A DNA stretch of 64,000 nt from Gemmatimonadales bacterium (GCA_025934955.1 JAICWE010000009.1:2913-66912), one strand, 5' to 3'; counted from the first letter of the stretch, positions 39,103 to 48,627 are shown. The notes: a model not told the origin generated them from the sequence alone. Program-made: numbers and translations.

Positions 39103-39500
39103 TGCAACTCGTGTCGCTCGCCGCGCGCCGACCGGCTCGAATCCGGCCGGTGTTCGCTTTCTATGGATTGTGCTCCGTCGCGGGGACGCGCACTGTGGAG
39201 TGGGCGCTCGAAGACCTACGCGCGCTTCAGGGGCCGGCGGCAGTCACGAGCGGCGGGCAGGTTGGCGGTGCGGGTCCCGATCCCCGCGCCGTCGGCCGGT
39301 CCGCCTCTCGTCGTGTGGGTGCGAGTCCGTCGTGTAACCCGCTGCACGCGGCAGCGTCCGCGCTGTGCGATTCCTGAGGGCGTTCGGAAATTCGGAATTG
39401 TGCGACCTGCCGTCGGGCGCGACTGTGTGGCGGGGCCCAAGGGTGCGGCGGGGATTCACGACGGTTGGGCTTCGGATGCGCAGCTCTCGAGGGCGCAGCG

Positions 39501-39752
39501 ATGGGCCCGGTCACCGAGCGGCGGTATCGCACCCCCGACGGCCAGGAGTGGATCTTCACCGAGCGCGAGCACGTGCGCCGCGGCGAAGAGGGCCGCCTCG
39601 CCGCGGTGATGGTGCGCTCGCAGCGGCACTCCCGCATCGTCATCTGCCTGCGGGGCGAGTGGGATGCCCCCGAGCCCGATCTCGACACGCTGCTCGTCGC
39701 CTCGATGCCGAGCGGCGCGTCCAAGTCGGCTACGCCTCCCCCAGTACCTTGA
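39501..39752 (+). CDS. small hypothetical protein (83 aa)
   Basis: ATG 39501 in ORF 39465..39752: MGPVTERRYRTPDGQEWIFTEREHVRRGEEGRLAAVMVRSQRHSRIVICLRGEWDAPEPDLDTLLVASMP... Balanced, protein-like composition. The 3' end overlaps convergent yjbQ by 23 nt. Confidence 0.45.
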   Translation: MGPVTERRYRTPDGQEWIFTEREHVRRGEEGRLAAVMVRSQRHSRIVICLRGEWDAPEPDLDTLLVASMPSGASKSATPPPVP

Positions 39753-40152
39753 TGATCACCCGCTTCCGTCGCTGCCCGTCCCACTCGCCGTAGAACACCC
39801 GCTGCCACGGCCCGAGGTCGAGCGCGCCGCTGGTGATCGGCACGATGACCTCGTGGCCGACGGTGAGACTCCGCAGGTGCGCCGCCGCGTTGTCCTCGCC
39901 GGTCTCGTTGTGCCGATAGCGCGCCGGATCCCACGGCGCGACGGTGTGCTCCAGCCAGTGCAGGATGTCGTGCCACAGCCCCGACTCGTGGTCGTTCACG
40001 AACACCGAGGCGCTGATGTGCATCGCCGAGACCAGCACGAAACCCTCGCGCACGCCGCTCGCGCGCACCTGCGCCGACACTTCGTCCGTGATGTCGATGA
40101 TCTCCTGGCGCTGGCGGGTATGGAACCAGAGATAGTGGGTATGCGCGGTCAC
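39730..40152 (-). CDS. yjbQ: YjbQ/UPF0047 family secondary thiamine-phosphate synthase enzyme
   Basis: EIIDITDEV, GFVLVSAMHISASVFVNDHESGL, NAAAHLRS, ITSGALDLGPWQRVFYGEWDG. GTGA overlap with the dapD stop. Confidence 0.9.
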   Translation of the reverse strand: MTAHTHYLWFHTRQRQEIIDITDEVSAQVRASGVREGFVLVSAMHISASVFVNDHESGLWHDILHWLEHTVAPWDPARYRHNETGEDNAAAHLRSLTVGHEVIVPITSGALDLGPWQRVFYGEWDGQRRKRVIIKVLGEA

Positions 40153-41000
40153 CGGAGCAGCTCCTCGAGCTGCACGCTCGCGTCGGTCCGCTCGTCCCGG
40201 TACTTCACGATCACCGGCGCGTAGAGCGAGATCCCCGCCGCCGCACCCGGCCCGCGCCGCACCGGCCGCGTGCCCGGCACCACCACCGCGCCGGCCGGAA
40301 TCTCCAGCGGCCGCTCGCCGTCGCGGCGATAGCTCCGGTCGTGTACCAGGTCCACCAGCACCGTTCCGCCGGTGAGCAGCGTGCCCGGCGCCAGGACGGC
40401 TCGCTCCCGCACGATCGTGCCCTCGTACACGCCGCAGTTGCCGCCGACGAGGACGTCATCCTCGATCACCACCGGCACGGCACCGGCCGGCTCCAGCACG
40501 CCGCCGATCTGCGCGCCGGCGGAGAGGTGGACCCGCTTCCCGATCTGCGCGCAGCTTCCCACCAGCGCGTGGCTGTCGACCATCGTCCCCTCGTCCACGT
40601 ACGCGCCGGCGTTGATGTACATCGGAGGCATGCAGACCACGCCGCGCGCCACGTAGCAGCCGTCGCGAATGGCGGAGCCGCCGGGCACCAGCCGCACACC
40701 GTCGTCCGGGCCGATGGCGCGGAGCGGATACGTGTCCTTGTCGTAGAACGGAAACGGCCCGCCTTCCGCCGCCGGTGCGATTCGGCCGAGGCGGAAGCCG
40801 AGCAGTATGCCGGTCTTCACCCATGCGTTGGCGTGCCAGCGCCCGTCCGCGTCGCGCTCGGCGGCGCGCACCGTACCGGCGTTCAGCAGCCGCTTGAGCT
40901 CGCCGAATGCGGCGAGGGCGTCCGCCTCCTGACCCTCGGGCACGCCGCCGGCCCACCGCTCGATGGCGGCCCTGAGGCCGAGCGCGTCAGCGACTGGCAT
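40149..41000 (-). CDS. dapD: 2,3,4,5-tetrahydropyridine-2,6-dicarboxylate N-succinyltransferase
   Basis: ATG 41000 (MPVADALGLRAAIE...) within ORF 40149..41060. Left-handed beta-helix hexapeptide repeats (YINAGAYVDEGTMVDSHALVGSCAQIGKRVHLSAGAQIGGVLEP). Confidence 0.9.
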   Translation of the reverse strand: MPVADALGLRAAIERWAGGVPEGQEADALAAFGELKRLLNAGTVRAAERDADGRWHANAWVKTGILLGFRLGRIAPAAEGGPFPFYDKDTYPLRAIGPDDGVRLVPGGSAIRDGCYVARGVVCMPPMYINAGAYVDEGTMVDSHALVGSCAQIGKRVHLSAGAQIGGVLEPAGAVPVVIEDDVLVGGNCGVYEGTIVRERAVLAPGTLLTGGTVLVDLVHDRSYRRDGERPLEIPAGAVVVPGTRPVRRGPGAAAGISLYAPVIVKYRDERTDASVQLEELLR

Positions 41001-41910
41001 GCGCGGGCTCGCGTGCCGGCTCGGCGGCGGGCCTGATGCCGAGGAGGGCGAGGGCTTCACTCACCGCGAGCTCGCAGGTCTCGGTCGCCGGCACCAGCGG
41101 GAGCCGCAGCACGTTGTGGATCCGACCCATCCGGTGCAGCGCCGCCTTCACCGGCGCGGGGTTGGTCTCGACGAAGTTCGCGTCCATCAGCGACGACAAC
41201 CGGCGGTCGAGCGCGCGCGCGGTGTCGAGTTCGCCCCGCAGCGCAAAGCGCACGAGGTCGCTCACGAAGCGCGGCGCCTCGTTTCCCGCGACCGAGATCA
41301 GCCCGTCGCCGCCGAGCGCGATCACCGGCAGCGCGAGCCAGTCGTCGCCCGAGAGCACGCTGAACCGCTCCGGCCGAGCGTAGAGCAGCGCGCGGATCTG
41401 CGCCAGGTCGCCGCTCGACTCCTTGATGCCGATCACGTTGGGATGCTCGGCGAGGCGGAGCGCAGTGGCGGGTCGCAGATTGACGCCGGCGCGCCCGGGA
41501 ATGTTGTAAAGGCAGATCGGTCGCTCGGACGCATCGGCGATGGCGCTGAAATGGCGGAAGAGCCCTTCGGCGGTGGGCTTGTTGTAGTATGGCGTCGCCG
41601 TGAGGATGCAGCTGACGCCGAGCCGCGACATTCGCCGCGCCTCGGCGACCGCCACCGCGGTGTCGTTGCTGGTGGCGCCGGCCATCACCGGCACCCGGCC
41701 CGCCGCCTCTTCCACCACGATCGTCACCACCCGCTCCCGCTCGGCCGGCGTCATGGTCTGCGCCTCGCCGGTCGAGCCGCAGGGGACGAGGAAGCCCATC
41801 CCTTCGTCGATCTGCCAGCGCACCAGCGCGCGGAGCGCGGTCTCGTCCACTGCGTTGTCCGGCGTGAACGGCGTCACCAGCGCGGTGCCGCACCCCTGCA
41901 ATCGAGTCAT
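40987..41910 (-). CDS. dapA: 4-hydroxy-tetrahydrodipicolinate synthase
   Basis: ATG 41910 (MTRLQGCGTALVTPF...) within ORF 40987..42045. GSTGE, TPYYNKP, LYNIPGR, IGIKESSG (catalytic Lys). Confidence 0.95.
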   Translation of the reverse strand: MTRLQGCGTALVTPFTPDNAVDETALRALVRWQIDEGMGFLVPCGSTGEAQTMTPAERERVVTIVVEEAAGRVPVMAGATSNDTAVAVAEARRMSRLGVSCILTATPYYNKPTAEGLFRHFSAIADASERPICLYNIPGRAGVNLRPATALRLAEHPNVIGIKESSGDLAQIRALLYARPERFSVLSGDDWLALPVIALGGDGLISVAGNEAPRFVSDLVRFALRGELDTARALDRRLSSLMDANFVETNPAPVKAALHRMGRIHNVLRLPLVPATETCELAVSEALALLGIRPAAEPAREPAHASR

Positions 41911-42602
41911 GGGTCCCTCCCGAAGAGCATCTGCTCGAAGGTAAAGACGCCGACACGTCCCGGCAGCCACTCCGCCGCGGCGACGGCGCCGGCGGCGAAG
42001 CCGTCGCGGCTCCGCGCGGCATGGGTGAGCGCGAGCGACTCCCACGCACCCTCGTACCGCAGTGCATGCGACCCGGGGATCGCGCCGGCGCGGATCGAGG
42101 TGATCGGGTAGTCCCGCGAAGCGTCGGCGGCGCGGGCGGTGCGCTGCAGCTGCAGCGCGGTGCCCGACGGCGCGTCGCGCTTGGCGGCGTGATGCTCGTC
42201 GACGATGAGCCCGTCGAACTCCTCGCGGCCGGCGAGCCCGGCGGCGAGCGCCGCCGCCGCGCGGAGGAACAGCGCCACGCCGACCGAAAAGTTGGCGGCG
42301 TAGAGCAGCGCGCCGCCGCGCTCCCGTACCAGGTCCGCGACCGCGGGGAACTGCGCCTCCCAGCCCGTCGTGCCCACGATCGTCGGGATGCCGAGGGACA
42401 CCAGCTGGCGGACGTTCGCCGCGGCCGCGTCGGGCCGGGTGAACTCGATGGCAACGTCGGCGCCGGCGATCCGATCCGCCGGGAGCGCGCCGGCGGCGAG
42501 GTCCTCGCGCCCGAGCAGCGCCTGCACGGTGTGTCCCCGCGCCTCCGCGCGCGCCGCGACGGCGCGGCCCATCCTGCCGCGGCCGACGATCGCGATCCTC
42601 AT
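41907..42602 (-). CDS. dapB: 4-hydroxy-tetrahydrodipicolinate reductase
   Basis: ATG 42602 (MRIAIVGRGRMG...). EHHAAKRDAPSGTAL motif. ATGA overlap with the dapA start. Confidence 0.9.
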   Translation of the reverse strand: MRIAIVGRGRMGRAVAARAEARGHTVQALLGREDLAAGALPADRIAGADVAIEFTRPDAAAANVRQLVSLGIPTIVGTTGWEAQFPAVADLVRERGGALLYAANFSVGVALFLRAAAALAAGLAGREEFDGLIVDEHHAAKRDAPSGTALQLQRTARAADASRDYPITSIRAGAIPGSHALRYEGAWESLALTHAARSRDGFAAGAVAAAEWLPGRVGVFTFEQMLFGRDP

Positions 42603-42612
42603 GCTGCGTCCC

Positions 42613-43956
42613 TCACGGGAAGAACGCCCGGTGCAGCCGGCGCACCACATCCGGCCCGTCGCCCTCGTGCACCACGAACGTCATGTTGATCGCCGACGCG
42701 CCCTGCGAGATCACGTCCACGTTGGCCGGCGGCACCGCGGCGAAGATCCGCGCCGCGAGCCCCGGCGTGTGCCGGATCCCCACGCCCACCACCGCGACGA
42801 TGGCACGGTGCGGCTCGGTCCACACCTCGCCTAACGCCGCCAGGTCCTCGATGATGGGCTCCAGCCGGCTGGTGTCCTCGATCGTCAGTGAGACGCTCAC
42901 CTCGCCGCTCGCGAGCACGTCCACCGCCGTCTCATGCCGCTCGAAGACCTCGAAGATGGCGCGCAGAAAGCCGAAGGCGCCGAGCATCCGGGGCGCGCGG
43001 ATGTTGACGACGGTGATGCCGCGCTTGAACGAGATGGAGCGCACCGGCCGCTCCTCGCTCCACATCGGCGATTCCGCCGTGATCGTGGTGCCGGCACCAT
43101 CAGGACGTGCCGAGTTGAGGATGACGATCGGAATCCGCTCCTTCACCAGCGGCAGCTGCGTCGCGGGGTGCAGCACCTTGGCCCCGAACGTCGCCAGCTC
43201 CGCCGCCTCATCGTACGTCGCGGCCGGCAGCACCCGTGCCTCGGGGACGATGCGCGGATCGGCGGTCATGAGCCCGTCCACGTCGGTCCAGATCTCGACC
43301 CGCTCGGCCCGAAGGGCCGCACCGAGCAGCGCCGCGGTGAAATCGGACCCGCCGCGGCCGAGCGTCGTCGGCACGCGGTCGCCGGTCGCGCCGATGAAGC
43401 CCTGGGTGACGGGGATGCGGGCGGCGTCGAGCAGCGGGAGCAGCCGACCGGCGGCCCGCGCGGCGATCTCGTCGCGCTGCGGCACCGCGCGGCCGTGGCG
43501 GCCGTCGGTCACCACCACGTCGCGGGCATCGACCCACTCGGCCGGCAGCCGCCGGCCGGCGAGCGCCGCGGCGACGAGCCGCGAGCTCCACAGTTCGCCG
43601 TGCGCCACCAGCGCGTCGGCCTCGCGGGCGGTGAGTGCGCGTCCGAGCGCGGCGGTCAGCTCGTCCAGCAGGATGGCCGCGTCATCGAGGATCTGGTCCA
43701 TCGCCTTCGCCGCGCCGGGAAGCTGCGCCGCGACGGTGCGGTGCCGCTCCACCAGCTGTGCCAGCCCGACGTCCACCGCGCCGAGGTCACCGAGCGCCAC
43801 GTGGCGCGTGAGCTGGAGCAGGCCGTCGGTCACCCGCGCGAGGGCCGAGACGACGATGAGCGGCCGCTCCGCCGCGCGGGCCGCGACGATGTCGCCCAGC
43901 CGCCGGATCGCGGCGGCGTCCTGCACCGACGTCCCGCCGAACTTGCAGACGATCAC
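42613..43956 (-). CDS. lysC: aspartate kinase
   Basis: GTG 43956 gives VIVCKFGGTSV... LIVVSALARVTD, TLGRGGSDFTA. Two C-terminal ACT-like regions. GTGA overlap with the asd stop. Confidence 0.95.
   Translation of the reverse strand: MIVCKFGGTSVQDAAAIRRLGDIVAARAAERPLIVVSALARVTDGLLQLTRHVALGDLGAVDVGLAQLVERHRTVAAQLPGAAKAMDQILDDAAILLDELTAALGRALTAREADALVAHGELWSSRLVAAALAGRRLPAEWVDARDVVVTDGRHGRAVPQRDEIAARAAGRLLPLLDAARIPVTQGFIGATGDRVPTTLGRGGSDFTAALLGAALRAERVEIWTDVDGLMTADPRIVPEARVLPAATYDEAAELATFGAKVLHPATQLPLVKERIPIVILNSARPDGAGTTITAESPMWSEERPVRSISFKRGITVVNIRAPRMLGAFGFLRAIFEVFERHETAVDVLASGEVSVSLTIEDTSRLEPIIEDLAALGEVWTEPHRAIVAVVGVGIRHTPGLAARIFAAVPPANVDVISQGASAINMTFVVHEGDGPDVVRRLHRAFFP
42828..42836 (-). 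repeat. CGTTAGGCG 9-mer copy 7 (only minus-strand copy)
   Basis: In lysC (minus strand), sense orientation, GCG-TTA-GGC-GAG (A-L-G-E). Confidence 0.9.
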
Positions 43957-45014
43957 GCGAGCCCCTCCGCCGCGAGCAGCTCCGCGATCTGCACTCCGGC
44001 GCCTGCGGCGCCGCGAATGGTGTTGTGGCCGAGGAGCACGAGGCGGAGATCCAGCAGCGGGCACGGCCGCACCCGGCCGACGGTGATCGCCATGCCGCCG
44101 CCGCGCTCGAGGTCGAGCCGGGGCTGCGGGCGATCGTGGCGCTCATCCACTTCCACCGGCGGATTGGGTGACGACGGCAGCGACCGCACCCGGTCGCTGC
44201 CGCGAAAGTCGCGCATCGCCACGATCGCCTCCGCCGGAGAGACCCGTCGCCCGAGGCCGACCGACACCGTCATCAGATGACCGTCAACGGTCGGGACGCG
44301 GTTGGCGTGCGCGCTCAGCACGATGGAGGCCGGTGTCACCCGCCCGGTCTCGACGGCGCCGAGGATCTTGCACGTCTCCCGCTCGATCTTCTCCTCCTCG
44401 CCGCCGATGTGGGGCACGACATTGCCCAGGATGTCGAGCGACGCGACGCCGGGATAACCCGCGCCGGACACCGCCTGCATCGTCGAAACGAACAGCTTCT
44501 CGACGCCGAACGCGCGGTGCAGCGGCGCCAGCGCGAGCACCAGGGCGGCGGTGGAGCAGTTGGGATTGGCGACGATGCCGCCGGACCAGGCGCGCGCCTC
44601 GCGCTGGCGCCGGAGCAGCGCCAGGTGATCGTCGTTGATCTCCGGAATCATGAGCGGGACGTCGTCTTCCATGCGGTGGGTCCGGGTGTTCGTCACCACC
44701 ACCGCGCCCGCCTGTGCGAACGCCTGCTCGATCGGTCCCGCGACGCCGGCGTCGAGCGCGGAGAAGACGATCGGCGTGTCGAGCGGGGGCGCCGATCGCC
44801 GGACGGTCATCGCGGCAATGCGGGGCGCGAGCGGCACCGTCTCCCGCCAGCGCACCACCTCGCCGTAAACGCGCCCGGCGCTCTGCTCCGAGGCCGCCAC
44901 CGCCATCAGCTCGAACCACGGATGCTCCGCCAGCAGCCGCACGAACTTCTGCCCGACGGTGCCGGTGGCGCCCAGCACGGCGACCGGGATGCGTCGCGGC
45001 GGCTTCTCGCTCAC
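43953..45014 (-). CDS. asd: aspartate-semialdehyde dehydrogenase
   Basis: GTG 45014 gives VSEKPPRRIPVAVLGATGTVGQ. NPNCSTAAL (catalytic Cys), SGAGYPG, AHANRVPTVDGH. GTGA overlap with the upstream gene's stop. Confidence 0.95.
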   Translation of the reverse strand: MSEKPPRRIPVAVLGATGTVGQKFVRLLAEHPWFELMAVAASEQSAGRVYGEVVRWRETVPLAPRIAAMTVRRSAPPLDTPIVFSALDAGVAGPIEQAFAQAGAVVVTNTRTHRMEDDVPLMIPEINDDHLALLRRQREARAWSGGIVANPNCSTAALVLALAPLHRAFGVEKLFVSTMQAVSGAGYPGVASLDILGNVVPHIGGEEEKIERETCKILGAVETGRVTPASIVLSAHANRVPTVDGHLMTVSVGLGRRVSPAEAIVAMRDFRGSDRVRSLPSSPNPPVEVDERHDRPQPRLDLERGGGMAITVGRVRPCPLLDLRLVLLGHNTIRGAAGAGVQIAELLAAEGLA

Positions 45015-46015
45015 GCGTCCTCCCGCGCCAGCAGGTCCTGCGCGAGCCGCACGTAGAGATCCACGCCGTCGAGCAGCTCGCGCTTGGCGATCCGCTCGTC
45101 GTCCGTGTGCGCGACCTTGATCGTTCCCGGCCCCAGCTGAAAGCCTTCGCCCCACGCGCTGAGGAGGCCGAGGTCGGAGGCGTAGCTCACAGTGGTCGTC
45201 TCCCATCCCGCCGGCGCCAGGGCGCCCTTCACGAAGGGCAGCTCCACCGCCGCATCCACCGTGACGCCGGGCCGCGCGCACGCCCTGACCGCGGCCTTGA
45301 GCGGCCCGGTCGGCTCGACGGTGCGAAAGAGGATCTGGGCGGAGGCGTGCGGCGGGATCACGTTAGGCGCGACGCCGCCCTGGATCAGCCCGATGTTCAT
45401 GGTGGAGGGACCGAGCACCGGGTCGGTCGGGAGCGGGAGCCGGCGGATCGCGTCGAGCGTGTCGAGCAGCGGCTCGATCGCGCTGCGTCCTTCAGCGGGA
45501 TACGCCGAGTGCGCCGCGCGGCCGGTGGCGCTCAGGTCCACCCGCAGCGAGCCCTTCTGCCCGACGGTGAGCCGGTTCTCGGTCGGCTCGCCGTTCACCA
45601 GGATGTGGCCCTTCGGCGCGAGCGAGCCCGCGGCGGTGGCGCCGTCGGAGCCGTTCTCCTCGCCGACCACGAAGAGCAGGCCGATCCGCCGCTCGCCCGC
45701 ATCCGCCAGGCGCGCCGCGGCCGCGACCATCGCGGCGGCGATGCCCTTTGCGTCGCAGACGCCGCGGCCGTAGAGATGGCTCTCGTCCTCGTGCAGCGGC
45801 AGGAACGGCGGCACGGTGTCGAGGTGGGTCGAGAAGACCAGCGCCGGCGCGCCGCGATGCGCGTAGACGTTGAACCGGCCGTGCTGCACCGGCTGGCGAG
45901 TCACCTGCCAGCCCGCGCCGTCGAGCAGGTCGGCGAGGTGCGCGGCGACGGACGTCTCGTGTCCGGTGGTCGAATCAATGCGGCAGAGCGCGCGGGTGAG
46001 CTCGATCGGGTCCAT
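45011..46015 (-). CDS. dapE: M20 family metallohydrolase (succinyl-diaminopimelate desuccinylase / ArgE-like)
   Basis: STHLDTVP, GRGVCDAKG, FVVGEENGSDG, GRAAHSAYP. The dapE assignment rests on operon context with dapD/dapA/dapB. GGAGG lies 5 nt before the ATG. Confidence 0.75.
   Translation of the reverse strand: MDPIELTRALCRIDSTTGHETSVAAHLADLLDGAGWQVTRQPVQHGRFNVYAHRGAPALVFSTHLDTVPPFLPLHEDESHLYGRGVCDAKGIAAAMVAAAARLADAGERRIGLLFVVGEENGSDGATAAGSLAPKGHILVNGEPTENRLTVGQKGSLRVDLSATGRAAHSAYPAEGRSAIEPLLDTLDAIRRLPLPTDPVLGPSTMNIGLIQGGVAPNVIPPHASAQILFRTVEPTGPLKAAVRACARPGVTVDAAVELPFVKGALAPAGWETTTVSYASDLGLLSAWGEGFQLGPGTIKVAHTDDERIAKRELLDGVDLYVRLAQDLLAREDA
45361..45369 (+). repeat. CGTTAGGCG 9-mer copy 8
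   Basis: Plus-strand copy inside the minus-strand dapE-like CDS. Antisense to the gene, read GCG-CCT-AAC-GTG (A-P-N-V). Confidence 0.9.
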
Positions 46016-46049
46016 GGTCCTCCAGCGGTTGATCAGATCCGATGGTCTG

Positions 46050-46088
46050 CAAACGAATCGCCCCGCCGGGCAACGTGCTCGGCGGGGC
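46050..46088 (-). terminator. putative intrinsic terminator downstream of the MFS gene / upstream of the dap operon
   Basis: 9-bp perfect stem GCCCCGCCG / CGGCGGGGC (46060-46068 / 46080-46088), extendable to ~13 bp with a 5-nt loop. On the minus strand it is followed by GATTCGTTTG. Confidence 0.5.
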
Positions 46089-46238
46089 TGTTTCCGGGTG
46101 GACGCGCGCGTGCGCTACGCCGACCGGAGCCCGCCGACGGACTTCTTCCCGCGCTTCGACTTGGGGTTGCCCGAAGGCGCCATGCGGGGTGTCGGGGTCG
46201 TGGTCACGAGTCGCGTCCGTTGAGGGGTCTCCGCCAAA

Positions 46239-47630
46239 CTAGGCATCGGAGCGCTCGGCGACAAGAGGGCCGAGTTGCGCTGTCTCCGCCGCGTGCGCCG
46301 CCTCGACGCCCTCGTCCACGTTCACGAACGCGAGCAGCACCGCACCGACGGCGAAGAAGGCGATGACGCTCAGGATGGCGTTCCGGCTGGAGCCCGTGGC
46401 CGCGATGGTGCCGGCGAACAGCAGCGGACCGAAGATGCCGGCGAACTTCTCGAACACACTGTAGAAGCCGAAGAATTCTCCGCTCCGGTGCTGCGGGATC
46501 ATGTTGGCGAAGAGCGAGCGGCTCAGCGCCTGGGTGCCGCCCTGCACCATGCCGACGAGGATGGCGAGGATGAGGAAGTGCGTCGCCGTTCGCATGTAAT
46601 AGCCGAGAATGCTGATGACGGTGTACGCCGCGAGGCCGAGGAAGATGGCGCGCTTGGCGCCGATCCGGCCGGCCAGCATGCCGAAGAGGAACGCGAACGG
46701 GATACCGACGAACTGCACCAGCAGGATGGACGCGATCAGCGCGCCCTGGCCGATGCCGATCTCGGTGCCGTAGGCCGTCGCCATCTTGATGATGGTCTGG
46801 ATGCCGTCGTTGTAGATCAGGAAAGCCAGCAACAGCAGGAACGCCTGCCGGTACCCGCGCAGCTCGCGGAAGGTCTCGCCCAGGCGGACGAACGCGGCGC
46901 GGACCACCGCGGCGCCTCGCACGGCGGTTTCGTCCCGCTCCAGCCGCCGCGGCGGCTCGGGCACGCGGCGGAAGAGGGGGATCGAGAACACCAGCCACCA
47001 CACCGCCGTCGCGATGAACGTGAGCCGGGTCGGCAGCGTCGCCGCGCTCTCGCTCAGCCCGGTGCCCGCCGGCAGCCCGAACCACGCCGGCCGCTGGATC
47101 ATCGCGAGCGAGAGCGCCAGCAGCACGCCGCCCCCGACGTAACCGATGGCGTAGCCGGCGGTGGAGACGCGATCCATCTCCTCGCGCGAGGCGATGTGGG
47201 GCAGCAGCGCCTCGTAGAACACGAAGCTGCCGGTGCCGCCGACCAGCACCACGATGAACAGCGCCGACGCGAGGCCGAGATCGCCGTGGTGGATCCAGAA
47301 CATCGCCGCGGTGCCCGCGACGCCGAGCAGCATGAAGCCGGCGAGCAGGCGCTTCTTCACCGCGGCGTAATCGGCCAGCGCACCGAGAATCGGCGAGAGC
47401 AGCGCGATGAAGACGAGGGCGACGGTGTTCGCGGTGGCGAGCGCCTGGGTCGGCTTCCCCGCGCCGAGTCCCGCGCCGGCCACCTTCACGTAGTAGATCG
47501 GGAAGACGGCGGTCACGATCATGACCTGCATCGCCGAGATGGCCCAGTCGTACATCGCCCAGGCGCGGAGGACGGGGCGGTCGAGGCCGAGGGCGGCGAG
47601 GCGGCCGGGGCGTGCGGCGGAAGCTGTCAT
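46239..47630 (-). CDS. MFS transporter, UMF1/Atg22-like family
   Basis: ATG 47630 (MTASAARPG...) in ORF 46239..47768. WAMYDWAISAM is the hallmark of UMF1. 12 TM helices. Confidence 0.85.
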   Translation of the reverse strand: MTASAARPGRLAALGLDRPVLRAWAMYDWAISAMQVMIVTAVFPIYYVKVAGAGLGAGKPTQALATANTVALVFIALLSPILGALADYAAVKKRLLAGFMLLGVAGTAAMFWIHHGDLGLASALFIVVLVGGTGSFVFYEALLPHIASREEMDRVSTAGYAIGYVGGGVLLALSLAMIQRPAWFGLPAGTGLSESAATLPTRLTFIATAVWWLVFSIPLFRRVPEPPRRLERDETAVRGAAVVRAAFVRLGETFRELRGYRQAFLLLLAFLIYNDGIQTIIKMATAYGTEIGIGQGALIASILLVQFVGIPFAFLFGMLAGRIGAKRAIFLGLAAYTVISILGYYMRTATHFLILAILVGMVQGGTQALSRSLFANMIPQHRSGEFFGFYSVFEKFAGIFGPLLFAGTIAATGSSRNAILSVIAFFAVGAVLLAFVNVDEGVEAAHAAETAQLGPLVAERSDA

Positions 47631-47721
47631 GGGGTGCTGGAATCTGGGCGCGGGCGAGCGGGGAGGCCAGCGGCGAGGCCGGTTTCTGGCGCAAGCGCTC
47701 CAGCGCGGCGACATTCGAGCG

Positions 47722-48627
47722 ATGCCGTCACCGCTCACCGAGCTTGCGGCGGGCGTGCCCCCGCGCATCCGCTTCGGCAGCTCGAGCTGGACCTACCCCG
47801 GCTGGGCCGGCCTCGTCTACCAGACGCGCTACCCTGCCACCGGCGCCTCGGTCCCGATGCTGGGCGAGTACGCGCGCTTCCCGCTGTTCCGCACTGCCGG
47901 CATCGACTCGAGCTTCTACCGCCCGCCCGATGCCGCGACGCTCGAGGCCTACGCGGCGCAGCTGCCTGACAATTTCCCCTGCGTGAGCAAGGTGTGGGAC
48001 CGCATCACCGTGCACACCTTCGCCAAGGGGCCGCAGGCGGGCACCGCGAATCCCGATTTCCTCAATGCCGCCTTGTTCCGCGAAGCGGTGTACGACGTGT
48101 ACGCCGAGCACTTCGCCGGTCACACCGGACCGTTCGTCTTCGAGTTCCAGACGATCGCGCGGCGCTCCGGCGTCTCCGCCGATCGCTTTTCCGATCTGCT
48201 CGACGGCTTTCTCGGCGCCCTGCCGCGGCCGGCGCAGTACGCCGTCGAGATCCGCAACGCCGAGTATCTCACGCCTGCCTACTTCGCCGTGCTGCGCGAG
48301 CACGATGTGTCGCACGTGTTCAACTCCTGGACCCGGATGCCGCCCATCGGCGAGCAGCTCGATCACGCCGACGCGATCACCGCGCCGTTCGTCGTCTGCC
48401 GCGCGCTGCTTCCGCCCGGCGTGTCCAACGACGCGGTGGCCGGCCTGCTCGAGCCGTACGACGCGATCCGGCAGCCGCAGCCCGACGTGCGGAGCGACCT
48501 GGTGCGGCTCGCGCGGCTGGCGATCGACCGGGATCTCTACGCCTTCGTGCTGATCAACAACCGGCTGGAGGGGAGCGCCCCGCTCACGATCATCGCGCTG
48601 GCGGAGGCGCTCGCCGCCGTCAGGTAG
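47722..48627 (+). CDS. DUF72 (UPF0759/YecE-like) domain protein
   Basis: ATG 47722 in ORF 47521..48627. IRFGSSSWTYPGWAGLVY, IDSSFYRPP, FEFQ, VEIRN. Confidence 0.85.
   Translation: MPSPLTELAAGVPPRIRFGSSSWTYPGWAGLVYQTRYPATGASVPMLGEYARFPLFRTAGIDSSFYRPPDAATLEAYAAQLPDNFPCVSKVWDRITVHTFAKGPQAGTANPDFLNAALFREAVYDVYAEHFAGHTGPFVFEFQTIARRSGVSADRFSDLLDGFLGALPRPAQYAVEIRNAEYLTPAYFAVLREHDVSHVFNSWTRMPPIGEQLDHADAITAPFVVCRALLPPGVSNDAVAGLLEPYDAIRQPQPDVRSDLVRLARLAIDRDLYAFVLINNRLEGSAPLTIIALAEALAAVR

Noticed and set aside
39131-39150. tRNA-like T-arm (CCGG-CTCGAAT-CCGG) suggesting a tRNA gene or att-site remnant
   Set aside because: No matching acceptor stem, D-arm or anticodon arm in the flanks. The loop starts with C rather than the conserved TTC. 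There are no integrase or mobile genes nearby. Kept only as a detail of the non-coding-gap finding.
39067-39500. Possible dif/XerCD site at the convergence of the two gene blocks
   Set aside because: No 28-bp element resembling the ATAA...TATATTATGT core is present. The A/T-rich patch is a direct TTCGGAA repeat, not a dif-like imperfect palindrome.
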